DNA from: Firmicutes bacterium UBA1422
Lineage (GTDB): Bacteria; Bacillota; Clostridia; Peptostreptococcales; Anaerovoracaceae
Direction: 5' to 3'
Length of the DNA: 64,000 bases
Assembly (NCBI GenBank): GCA_002304835.1
Contig: DBPK01000007.1
Location: forward strand, 18,650-82,649
Part shown: positions 26,649 through 34,576 of the stretch, piece after piece
Numbering within the stretch: position 1 is the first letter of the stretch
How the letters are laid out: each line of letters begins with the position of its first letter
The notes under the pieces: generated by a model
Told to the model about the DNA's origin: nothing
Databases searched by the model: none
The model's input: the letters and a program-made list of their open reading frames with translations, nothing else
Made by a program: the position numbers and the translations under genes

Positions 26649-28009
26649 ATGCTCTTCACTCCTTTCCTTTCTCGCACTTCATTGCGCTCTCTGTCTACTG
26701 TCTCAAGGTTCTTCTCCATGACTTTGGATCTTTTTCCGATGTCACCTGCAAGTCGGAGATCTTTTCTGCATACCTTGAGCTTCTCTGTTAGTTCTTTTAT
26801 CTTTTCCTTGGCTGCGTCACGGTCAGGCTCGCTGATGTTACGCTTCACCATTTTCCTCAGTTCTTCCCTTTCGCCTGTGAGCTTCTCCACAGTATCCTTT
26901 GTTCCTGCAACAAAACTTCCAAGGTCTACATCGGTCTCGATCTTATTCCTCACCAGAAACTTTGCTTCCTCGCTATACATATCGCATTTGAGAATATCCT
27001 CTTTCAGGACTATATGGAGCTTGGTCGGTCTCTGTGTATACTTTGGCAGATAGCCAAGCTCATAGCAGTACCGAAGGTATAGCTTTTCAAGTCCCGTCCT
27101 TCCCATGATCTTATCTATCCTGCGTTTCAAATTATAGTTGTTGGGCGTTTTATGCGCCTGCCTGATCCGCTCCGTCCTGACTGACGGGTCGTTGCCGTAT
27201 ACGCGCTCCATGATCCTGTCTTTGGTATACTCTTCGCCAAGCCTGTATGTCCTTATGCTTTTGTTCCAGCCCGGAGGCACAATAGACCAGTACTTATGCT
27301 TTGGATCAAGTTTACAGACATAGCCGCGTTTCTTCAGCTCGCCCGCAAACTCTTCCATGTTCAGGCTGAGCGATACGGCTTCATCTATAGCCTGCCTCGC
27401 GATGTTATATCTTGTCGGCATACCTGCCTGCTCCATTTTGTATATGTTCATATTCAGTCTTTTCCCTTCCGGCTTTTCTATGATGGACAGGCCATGCTCC
27501 TTGCAGAGTCTGTCCGATGTCTCACGCAGGTTCTTGTATGCTTCATTGCAGAAGTGGAACCTGTTGCCATCACAAAAGGAAACCGAGTTGAATACAAAAT
27601 GATTATGGAAGTGCTTGGTGTTAAGATGCGTCGCAACTATTACTTGGAAGCGGTCACCCCATAATTCCCTGGCCAGCTCGACTCCGATCTCATGTGCTTC
27701 TGCAGCTGACACCTCGCCTTCTCTGAAGCTCTGGTAACAGTGACCGGCAACTATGCCGCCCTCTTTGCCAAACCTCATCTTGACCGTATCGAACTGATCC
27801 TTGGCGGCAGTCACATTACAGTTGATGCCTGTAGTGTAAAACTGCAGGTCTGTCTTCTCTCTGTTGGACGCGTAGTCTATTACATCAGAAAGAGCTTTAT
27901 CATTTGCTATCGGTTCAGTCTCCCTGTTCTTTGTCTTCTCAGTATCCTCTACATAAGCTAAGGAAACGGATGCGTTTCCTCTTATCCGCCAGATCCTCGT
28001 TACTGCCAT
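26645..28009 (-). CDS. MobA/VirD2-family relaxase
   Basis: Histidine triad region THLNTKHFHNHFVFNSV. N-terminal relaxase domain followed by a coiled-coil C-terminus. Overlaps mobC. Confidence 0.85.
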   Translation of the reverse strand: MAVTRIWRIRGNASVSLAYVEDTEKTKNRETEPIANDKALSDVIDYASNREKTDLQFYTTGINCNVTAAKDQFDTVKMRFGKEGGIVAGHCYQSFREGEVSAAEAHEIGVELARELWGDRFQVIVATHLNTKHFHNHFVFNSVSFCDGNRFHFCNEAYKNLRETSDRLCKEHGLSIIEKPEGKRLNMNIYKMEQAGMPTRYNIARQAIDEAVSLSLNMEEFAGELKKRGYVCKLDPKHKYWSIVPPGWNKSIRTYRLGEEYTKDRIMERVYGNDPSVRTERIRQAHKTPNNYNLKRRIDKIMGRTGLEKLYLRYCYELGYLPKYTQRPTKLHIVLKEDILKCDMYSEEAKFLVRNKIETDVDLGSFVAGTKDTVEKLTGEREELRKMVKRNISEPDRDAAKEKIKELTEKLKVCRKDLRLAGDIGKRSKVMEKNLETVDRERNEVRERKGVKSI

Positions 28010-28329
28010 CTCTTATCCACCTTGTCAGGCCTTAGATACTCTCGCTCTATCTTTGCCTGGAGCAGGTGGAGGCTCCTGGCTTCATCTTCAAGGATCGACT
28101 TTGCTTCTTCCGAATGCGTGCCTGCCTTTCTGCTTAATTCATCAGCAAGTTCGCGAAGATTGTCCATGTCCGCAAAGAACCTGTCGTCCGGCGCTTCTCT
28201 TGGGATGAACCCTGCAATGAGCATCCTTATATATCTTGACTCCGTCATGCAGGCATTCTTCGCCTTCTTCTTAAGATCCTCTGCTTCCTTCTTATTCATC
28301 CATATCTGTTTCTTTATGCTTCGTTTCAT
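28000..28329 (-). CDS. mobC: MobC-family relaxosome accessory protein
   Basis: 109 aa with RHH-like N-terminus ESRYIRMLIAGFIP. Lies immediately upstream of the relaxase. Confidence 0.7.
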   Translation of the reverse strand: MKRSIKKQIWMNKKEAEDLKKKAKNACMTESRYIRMLIAGFIPREAPDDRFFADMDNLRELADELSRKAGTHSEEAKSILEDEARSLHLLQAKIEREYLRPDKVDKRWQ

Positions 28330-28354
28330 TTGCCTGTCCTTTCATATTTCTGTA

Positions 28355-28440
28355 AGTTAAGGCGCAGCGGTATGCTGCGCCCGGGGTCTCAGGGGTATCC
28401 CCTGCATATCCTGCGTGAGGGAGTGCGTACTCCTGAATGC
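28355..28440 (-). promoter_or_regulatory. Candidate oriT (cluster of GC-rich inverted repeats upstream of mobC)
   Basis: GGCGCAGC-ggtat-GCTGCGCC at 28361-28381. CAGGGG-tat-CCCCTG at 28390-28404. GGAGT-gcgt-ACTCC at 28420-28433. Confidence 0.4.
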
Positions 28441-28479
28441 TTTGCTTGCTAAAGATAGCGGAAACACTTTTCCTGCTGT

Positions 28480-29103
28480 CTACCTTTCCATTCCGGCTGA
28501 TTTTTCTCTTCCTTTAGGTTCCGTCTTGACTACTTTTATCCCTTCAGAAGTCCTGAAAAACTCTTCCGGGCTCTTGAACATTTCGGTGTATTTCTTCTCC
28601 ATGTCCGGCGGAAGCGACAAGAATTTCTCGCTTTCTATGGGCGCGTAGCAAATAAAAAAGGTGCCGGACATAACGTCCAGCAGGCACCCGTCTTCGCCGT
28701 AAATCGCTCTGTTCGGAGGCAGTCCCATGAGCTTTCCTTCCTCGTTGCACACTATGGCAACATCGTCTTCGAATGGCATATATTCCTCTATCATGCCTCC
28801 GACTGCATTCTGCATTGACTCAAGACTGTCATTCATCTCGACCATTTCTGCTTTTTCTCCCGGCCTTACAAGCAGCACTTTCATAGTGTCTGCTTTCGAA
28901 AAGCTGTCGCCTTCTGACAGTGCAAGGCTACTTCCGTTGTCCCACGCCACATGGATCTGACCTATATCATCTACTGATGTCACCGTCCCTCTAAGTCCAT
29001 TCGGCATTTTATCCTCTCCTGCCATCTCACTCAGCACCACTCTGGTACCCTTCATATATTCTTCTGATAATCTTTCAGCGTTCATAGCTATCATTCCTTT
29101 CAT
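28480..29103 (-). CDS. DUF4314 + DUF3846-like ICE protein
   Basis: GLRGTVTSVDDIGQIHVAWDNGSSLAL (DUF4314-like), then MKVLLVRPGEKAEMVEM..LMGLPPNRAI (DUF3846-like). Family names are from memory. Confidence 0.5.
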   Translation of the reverse strand: MKGMIAMNAERLSEEYMKGTRVVLSEMAGEDKMPNGLRGTVTSVDDIGQIHVAWDNGSSLALSEGDSFSKADTMKVLLVRPGEKAEMVEMNDSLESMQNAVGGMIEEYMPFEDDVAIVCNEEGKLMGLPPNRAIYGEDGCLLDVMSGTFFICYAPIESEKFLSLPPDMEKKYTEMFKSPEEFFRTSEGIKVVKTEPKGREKSAGMER

Positions 29104-30037
29104 GTTTATCCTTCAGCATCCTATGCGTATGCATAAGCTCATCGTTCATGTCTTTTCCGTATTCCGGCGGCTCGTCCCTTATCCTGTAATCACTTCCAAG
29201 GACTCCTGCGAGAGACTTTGCCATGCTTCTCCCGACTTTGTCATTATCAAGATGGAAGGCTATCTCATTCACATCCTTATGCCGGTCAATGAACATAGAA
29301 AGTGCTGCAGGCACTTTGACTCGTGACAGATCGGCACTCGGCTGATACACTCCTGCAAGAGAAAGCATATGGTCTTCAGGCATTCTCCCTGTCCTCATCT
29401 TTTCAAGTGTCGCAAATGACAGAAGGTCTATAGTGCTCTCAAAAACATGGACCGCACTTCCTTTTCCTTCGATACGGAAGCTGTATCTCTTATCGCTTCC
29501 TGCGGCATCTCCCATGATCCTCGCAGGTTTCGTTGCTCGAAAGCTCGCATACCTTGCTGTTCCGCTTTCATCGAATCCAAGGAATATGCAGTTCCTGTGT
29601 GGCACTGACTCATAGATCAAACCTTTTTCTAAGCAGCGTTCTACGAGGTCTCTATCGATCCCACGATCTGTGAGATAACGGATCACCTGATTATTGGTGC
29701 TGTTTCTCTCCGGAAGAAGCAGTTTCTTTTCCTTCTTTTCTTCTTTTGGTTGTACTAAAAAAGGAAGGCTTCTGCCCTCCGCGTTCAGTATCATCCCCAC
29801 AGCTTCTGTGAATGGATGACCTCTTACTTTTACCAGATAGTCAAGCGCCGATGCTCCGCCGAATCCTCTCGACCACCACATCCACTTGCCGTTTGAGATC
29901 GACATACTGTCGTGCGTCCTGGTCGAGTAATTCTCACCGGACACTTTGACCAGATCTCCCGGATCACACAGTCTGAGATACGTCAGAAGATCCATCTCAC
30001 GCGCCTTTTCTACCTGCTCATTATCGTAATATGGCAT
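29075..30037 (-). CDS. DUF3991/Toprim-domain protein (primase-like)
   Basis: Start set at MPYYDNEQ after GGAAGGAGG. N-terminal LLTYL..VKVSGENYSTRTHDSMSISNGKWMWWSRGFGG pattern. C-terminal Toprim-like HLDNDKVGR. Confidence 0.7.
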   Translation of the reverse strand: MPYYDNEQVEKAREMDLLTYLRLCDPGDLVKVSGENYSTRTHDSMSISNGKWMWWSRGFGGASALDYLVKVRGHPFTEAVGMILNAEGRSLPFLVQPKEEKKEKKLLLPERNSTNNQVIRYLTDRGIDRDLVERCLEKGLIYESVPHRNCIFLGFDESGTARYASFRATKPARIMGDAAGSDKRYSFRIEGKGSAVHVFESTIDLLSFATLEKMRTGRMPEDHMLSLAGVYQPSADLSRVKVPAALSMFIDRHKDVNEIAFHLDNDKVGRSMAKSLAGVLGSDYRIRDEPPEYGKDMNDELMHTHRMLKDKHERNDSYER

Positions 30038-30119
30038 TACATTTTTCCTCCTTCCAATAAAAAAGGACGCCGGTAGGCGTCCAATGTATACCATTTAAAA
30101 GCGAAACACCATTTTAAGT

Positions 30120-32837
30120 TTATGACAAGTTTAGTGAAGATAAGTGTGCCAATAAGTAAGCATCGGCATTAGAATTTTTAGCATTCAATCTTTCAAGAAC
30201 AGCGTGCTCTGTTTCTGGACTCCAATATATTTTTAATCTTTCTTTTGCTCGTGTAATAGCAGTATAAAAAATATTGTGAGTGATACGTTCTTCTACCTCA
30301 TTTGTAATTACTATTTTCACTGAATTAAATTCTAAACCTTGTGCTTTGTGAATAGAGACCGCGTAAGCAACCTGAAACGGCATCACTGTTGAATCATTGT
30401 CCTCGTCATCTTCATCGGTACTTCGGTGTTTATTAACATTAAAGCCAATAATAGAATGTCCTTTTTCAGATTCTCCCAAAAGGACAAATTCATACCCCTG
30501 AGCATCAAGTTCATTAATTGATTTATCGAGTTCAATGCTGAAAAATATTCTTTTTTCTTCAACAATAATATCACTAATTCTCCCCTTTGAATTGTTATGA
30601 ATAACAGGCGAAAATCTGTTTGCCTCGTTAAACAAAATAGGATCCCCCACTTTATAAGTGTTAATCCCCCATCGTATACTTTCATTTGAATTATTACTTT
30701 GAAGGAATCTATTGACATTGTTAATTCCGTATAATCCATCATAATTAAGGCACAGGATAATCTCATCATCTTCAGTATGTTCAAATATTGATTCATCCAA
30801 TTTCGTTGTAAAACCGTATTTTACAAGCGGTTCTAAAATAGAATCATCAACATTGCGTACGCGATCCCATACTGTGATTAGTTCATCTTTTGTAGTACGG
30901 AATGGGTGCTTTAGTTCAAAAACAGCAGTACGCGGTACAAACTTTCGTACTATTTCAAACCAATTCCCGAAATAGATTGATTCAATCTGAAAAGTATCTC
31001 CAACAAGAACTATCAATTGAAATTTTGCCTTTTCTAAAATTTTTTTCATATCAGCATTACTTACAGTACTACATTCATCTATAAATAAAATGTCACATTC
31101 TGTATCATAATTACTAGAAGAAAGAAACTTTGCTATTGTTCCAAACAAACTATTCCCTGTTGTCACCTTTCTTCTCATATTCTCAACGGCAGGATGTGTA
31201 TTTGCAAGATACATTTTCCTTTTATCTGCCCAAAAATTTGAAATGTGCTTAATTAGTGTTGTTTTCCCTGTCCCTGCTGATCCATATATCAATGCCACTC
31301 GTGATTCTGAAAATAATTGCCGCAATGCTTCTTTCTTATTGTCATCATCTATCTCATATGCGTCAGTAGTTAGCCATGAATCAACCGAATTTGTATAATG
31401 TGCTATTCCAGATGAAGAAAGTTTTTGAATAGTTTCAATAATTTCGGTGCTGTCCTCAACATATTCTTTAATATAAATGTACCCTTCAAAACTCTCAAGT
31501 CTACGATTCTGATGTTTATAATACAGCAATCCATTATACTTTCTAATTAGTCCATCAATATCATCAAAGTCTTGAATATCATCTTTTGGAGTAAATAGTT
31601 TCCCCTCAGTTTCAGTATTGTTTTTAATAAATCTCGCAAAAAGCTCATGTTCGCGACCGTCAATTGGGATTGACTCAAACAAGTCATAAATCCTAGGGTT
31701 ATGCCTTACTAAAGATGTACAATATGGCATTTTATCAAACGGAATACAACTATAGCTTAAATACAGATTCTCTAATCTATCGCATTGTTCCCCATACAGT
31801 TGTTCCTTTATTATTCTATTGTTCATGTTATATAGCAAATATCTTATTATATTAGCACCCGGTTTTGTTTTGATAATAATATTCCTACATTCATCAAGAA
31901 GTTCAAATATCTTTATTGCCTGGCTACGTGATGTGACTGTTGCTTTTACAGAATCATAATAAACTTGACCACATGTTACCAATTCCGTTAGTGATATTTT
32001 CCCTTCTGTAAGGAATTTCATCAATTCACCGTATTCGCTTAAGGATGTGCTTATCTGCATACGTCTACCGAAAATCTCAGAAAAATTCTGGAACTCACAT
32101 GGCCTTATAGAAACTGTCCACCCTTCAATAACTTGAATTGTCATACTTTTATCCAGTATATTTATTACATCATCATGTATATTGAATTTTACGGCATAAT
32201 TACTGACTATTTCATGTTTTGTAAAAGCAATCACCCGATCAAATTTACTGGTTTTTGCATTTGCATCAGTGAAAGTTACTTCATAGTAAATCCGATTATT
32301 TACAAAAAATGGCTTGATCTTCTGAACATAATATCGATCATCATAGTGCCCTGCTTTACAATCCCTACTTGGATTCTCAATTATCATAGCAATTCTTGCA
32401 TAGTAATCCGATAATTCCTTGTCGGTATCTATAGGAAAATCCTGAATATTATTGAGAATTTGCATATCATATTTTGTATCAAGAAAGTTTTTTATTCTTA
32501 GCAGATACTCATAGTATTTTAGCATTAAGCGTTCTGATCCATCTTTATTCACGGTATAATGTGAAACGGATTTCTGTAGCATTTTATGAAACCTGCTAAC
32601 AAATCTCATGTCGCCATGTGCTGCAATTTCATTTAATAATTTTTCCCTTTCATCATAATCATTTGGATCAATGTCTTTGCCATTTGACATGGCTTTCATA
32701 GCAACATATTCAACAAGATTTCTTATTTGGCTCAATATGTTTTGGCTCAATATTCCTCTTTCTTCCAAATCAAACTTTGAAATATTCTCACAAATTACAT
32801 TGTCTGTATTTATAATAGCTTCATCTATTCTTAGCAT
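30120..32837 (-). CDS. Orphan SF1 (RecD-like, AAA_30/UvrD_C_2-type) helicase with a ~520-aa uncharacterised N-terminal region
   Basis: Walker A LIYGSAGTGKTTLI, Walker B ILFIDECSTV, motif III VLVGDTFQIESI, SIHKAQGLEF, YTAITRAKERL. Start set at ATG (MLRIDE) after GTGAGGT. AT-rich. Confidence 0.8.
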   Translation of the reverse strand: MLRIDEAIINTDNVICENISKFDLEERGILSQNILSQIRNLVEYVAMKAMSNGKDIDPNDYDEREKLLNEIAAHGDMRFVSRFHKMLQKSVSHYTVNKDGSERLMLKYYEYLLRIKNFLDTKYDMQILNNIQDFPIDTDKELSDYYARIAMIIENPSRDCKAGHYDDRYYVQKIKPFFVNNRIYYEVTFTDANAKTSKFDRVIAFTKHEIVSNYAVKFNIHDDVINILDKSMTIQVIEGWTVSIRPCEFQNFSEIFGRRMQISTSLSEYGELMKFLTEGKISLTELVTCGQVYYDSVKATVTSRSQAIKIFELLDECRNIIIKTKPGANIIRYLLYNMNNRIIKEQLYGEQCDRLENLYLSYSCIPFDKMPYCTSLVRHNPRIYDLFESIPIDGREHELFARFIKNNTETEGKLFTPKDDIQDFDDIDGLIRKYNGLLYYKHQNRRLESFEGYIYIKEYVEDSTEIIETIQKLSSSGIAHYTNSVDSWLTTDAYEIDDDNKKEALRQLFSESRVALIYGSAGTGKTTLIKHISNFWADKRKMYLANTHPAVENMRRKVTTGNSLFGTIAKFLSSSNYDTECDILFIDECSTVSNADMKKILEKAKFQLIVLVGDTFQIESIYFGNWFEIVRKFVPRTAVFELKHPFRTTKDELITVWDRVRNVDDSILEPLVKYGFTTKLDESIFEHTEDDEIILCLNYDGLYGINNVNRFLQSNNSNESIRWGINTYKVGDPILFNEANRFSPVIHNNSKGRISDIIVEEKRIFFSIELDKSINELDAQGYEFVLLGESEKGHSIIGFNVNKHRSTDEDDEDNDSTVMPFQVAYAVSIHKAQGLEFNSVKIVITNEVEERITHNIFYTAITRAKERLKIYWSPETEHAVLERLNAKNSNADAYLLAHLSSLNLS

Positions 32838-32934
32838 TTTATGTAACCTCACTTTTGTAACATTATCTTTAATTGACCATGTGATAATTAATTATATCAC
32901 ATGGTCAAATTCCAAAGTTGTATACTTGGGCGTT

Positions 32935-33216
32935 TTATCTCTCCCACCCTTTCGATTTCTTTTCCGTGAATTTTGCCATAGCAGCTTTTTCTCTGCCGTC
33001 CATGAGTCCTCTAAGTGACTGCATGTCATCTTCAGAAAGCGTTATGCCTCTTGACATGTGTTCATGATCCGGATCCCAATCACGGATATCGTACTTGGCC
33101 GGGCCTTCGTTCCAGGAAACTACATTAATCTCCTTCTGCCAGCCGTTCTGATATTTTGCTATTACTCCAACATGCTCTATGACCTCGAATGAGATCTCAT
33201 TTCTTTTGTTTTCCAT
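32935..33216 (-). CDS. YdbC/PC4-like ssDNA-binding protein
   Basis: WQKEINVVSWNEGPAKYDIRDWDPDHEHMSRGITLSEDD pattern. Start set at MENKRNE after GAAGGGAGAA. Confidence 0.6.
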   Translation of the reverse strand: MENKRNEISFEVIEHVGVIAKYQNGWQKEINVVSWNEGPAKYDIRDWDPDHEHMSRGITLSEDDMQSLRGLMDGREKAAMAKFTEKKSKGWER

Positions 33217-33238
33217 TTTGTTTTCTCCCTTCGTTTTC

Positions 33239-33736
33239 TCAACGTTCCATTGCTTTTGACATCTTTGAAGACGTGTGGTCATCAAGAAGACCTTCCGCCT
33301 TGAAGCTCATCATCTGGCCGCTCTCGCCTGCCACTATGATATGATCCACCATCTTTATATCAAGCATCCTTCCGCATTCTGCAAGCCTTCCAGTGACTTC
33401 CCTATCCTCTGCGCTTGCTATAGGGGTGCCTGACGGGTGATTGTGGATCGCGATGAATGCAGCTGCATTTGAAAGTATGCTGCTCTTGAACACCTCTCTC
33501 GGGCTCACCATAGATGAGTTGAGTGTCCCTACGCTGCAGACATTCATGTTGATCACCTGTCCGTTGGACTTGAGATTAAGTATAGCAAAGACCTCTCTGT
33601 CATAGTCCTTCATCTCATTTGCGATTACATCAAGCACGTCCTGCGGCGAGCTTATGGGCTCCGCACTGTAAAGAGAAGGCTCTTTTACCATGCGGATATT
33701 GACCACCTTTATCTCATTTTCTTTCTGCTTTGGCAT
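33239..33736 (-). CDS. radC: RadC-like JAB/MPN domain protein
   Basis: JAMM motif AIHNHPSGTPIASAED. Confidence 0.85.
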   Translation of the reverse strand: MPKQKENEIKVVNIRMVKEPSLYSAEPISSPQDVLDVIANEMKDYDREVFAILNLKSNGQVINMNVCSVGTLNSSMVSPREVFKSSILSNAAAFIAIHNHPSGTPIASAEDREVTGRLAECGRMLDIKMVDHIIVAGESGQMMSFKAEGLLDDHTSSKMSKAMER

Positions 33737-33825
33737 GCGATGTCACCTCCTGTATATCAAACGACAGCACAGTGCCGCCGGGAAGATCTTCTATGATCTT
33801 CTTCACTTCATCAAGGTTCTTTACC

Positions 33826-34092
33826 TCAATAGTCTTCTCCTTCTTGTCCATAGAACTCATCCTCCTTTTCTGTTTCCTTTGGCAGATCGTCAGTCCCCTG
33901 TCCCAGGTAACTTATGACCTTGTGCTTTTTCACCGCATCCTGCAGCTCCGTTATTATGTGGATCTCGGATACCGTCACTCCCTGCATGGACAGTATGTCC
34001 TGTATGCTGAGTGTGGTAAGCTTCTTCTCAGTGTCCACTTTCATGTCTATCAGCCTGTTCAGCGTCCTTACTGTCTGCTTGTCCATTCCCAT
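33826..34092 (-). CDS. Hypothetical small protein
   Basis: ORF with RBS GGAAGGGAG before MGMDKQ. No motif. A further ~45-codon ORF (about 33723-33855, MDKKEKTIEVKNLDE...) overlaps its end. Confidence 0.35.
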   Translation of the reverse strand: MGMDKQTVRTLNRLIDMKVDTEKKLTTLSIQDILSMQGVTVSEIHIITELQDAVKKHKVISYLGQGTDDLPKETEKEDEFYGQEGEDY

Positions 34093-34200
34093 TCTTTTTT
34101 TCACTCCCTTCCTCAAGTATTTTCTTCATGCAGTAACCGCAGAAAGGAGCATCGTGGCTCCTGTATCTGCAGTTATCGGGGCAGTTTTCTTTCTTCATGT

Positions 34201-34524
34201 CTACCGCCCCGCTTCCATCATTTTCTTTCCATAGTCAGTAAATGCGTACCAGTTCGTATGATCGAACCTGTTGTCATTGAAACAGCCCTTCCTGATATAT
34301 CCCTTGCCCGCAAGTACATTCACGGCATCCTTTGCCATATGGATGCTGAGATACGGGAACTCGCCCGTCATCATCCTTACTGAGCATCTGTACCAGCATC
34401 GTCCGTGCCTTTCAAGCACGCCGTCTCCATCGCCGTCATCCTTCAGGTGATCCCAGAGGAATTCTGCGATGACGGCTGCGTTGACTCCGCACTTTACCGC
34501 TATGTCATTTCTGAATCCTGTCAT
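34201..34524 (-). CDS. Hypothetical ICE protein (possible winged-helix)
   Basis: 107-aa ORF, backbone-like composition, no firm motif. Confidence 0.45.
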   Translation of the reverse strand: MTGFRNDIAVKCGVNAAVIAEFLWDHLKDDGDGDGVLERHGRCWYRCSVRMMTGEFPYLSIHMAKDAVNVLAGKGYIRKGCFNDNRFDHTNWYAFTDYGKKMMEAGR

Positions 34525-34576
34525 TTCATCCTCCTGTTAAAAGAGGCGACACTTAAGCCGCCTCGATACTTTTGCA

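Noticed and set aside
30383-30796. 137-aa same-strand nested ORF inside the helicase gene. Similar nested ORFs occur at 38315-38644, 62922-63215 and 49213-49479.
   Set aside because: They are out-of-frame ORFs embedded in longer genes with clear motifs, and have no independent RBS.
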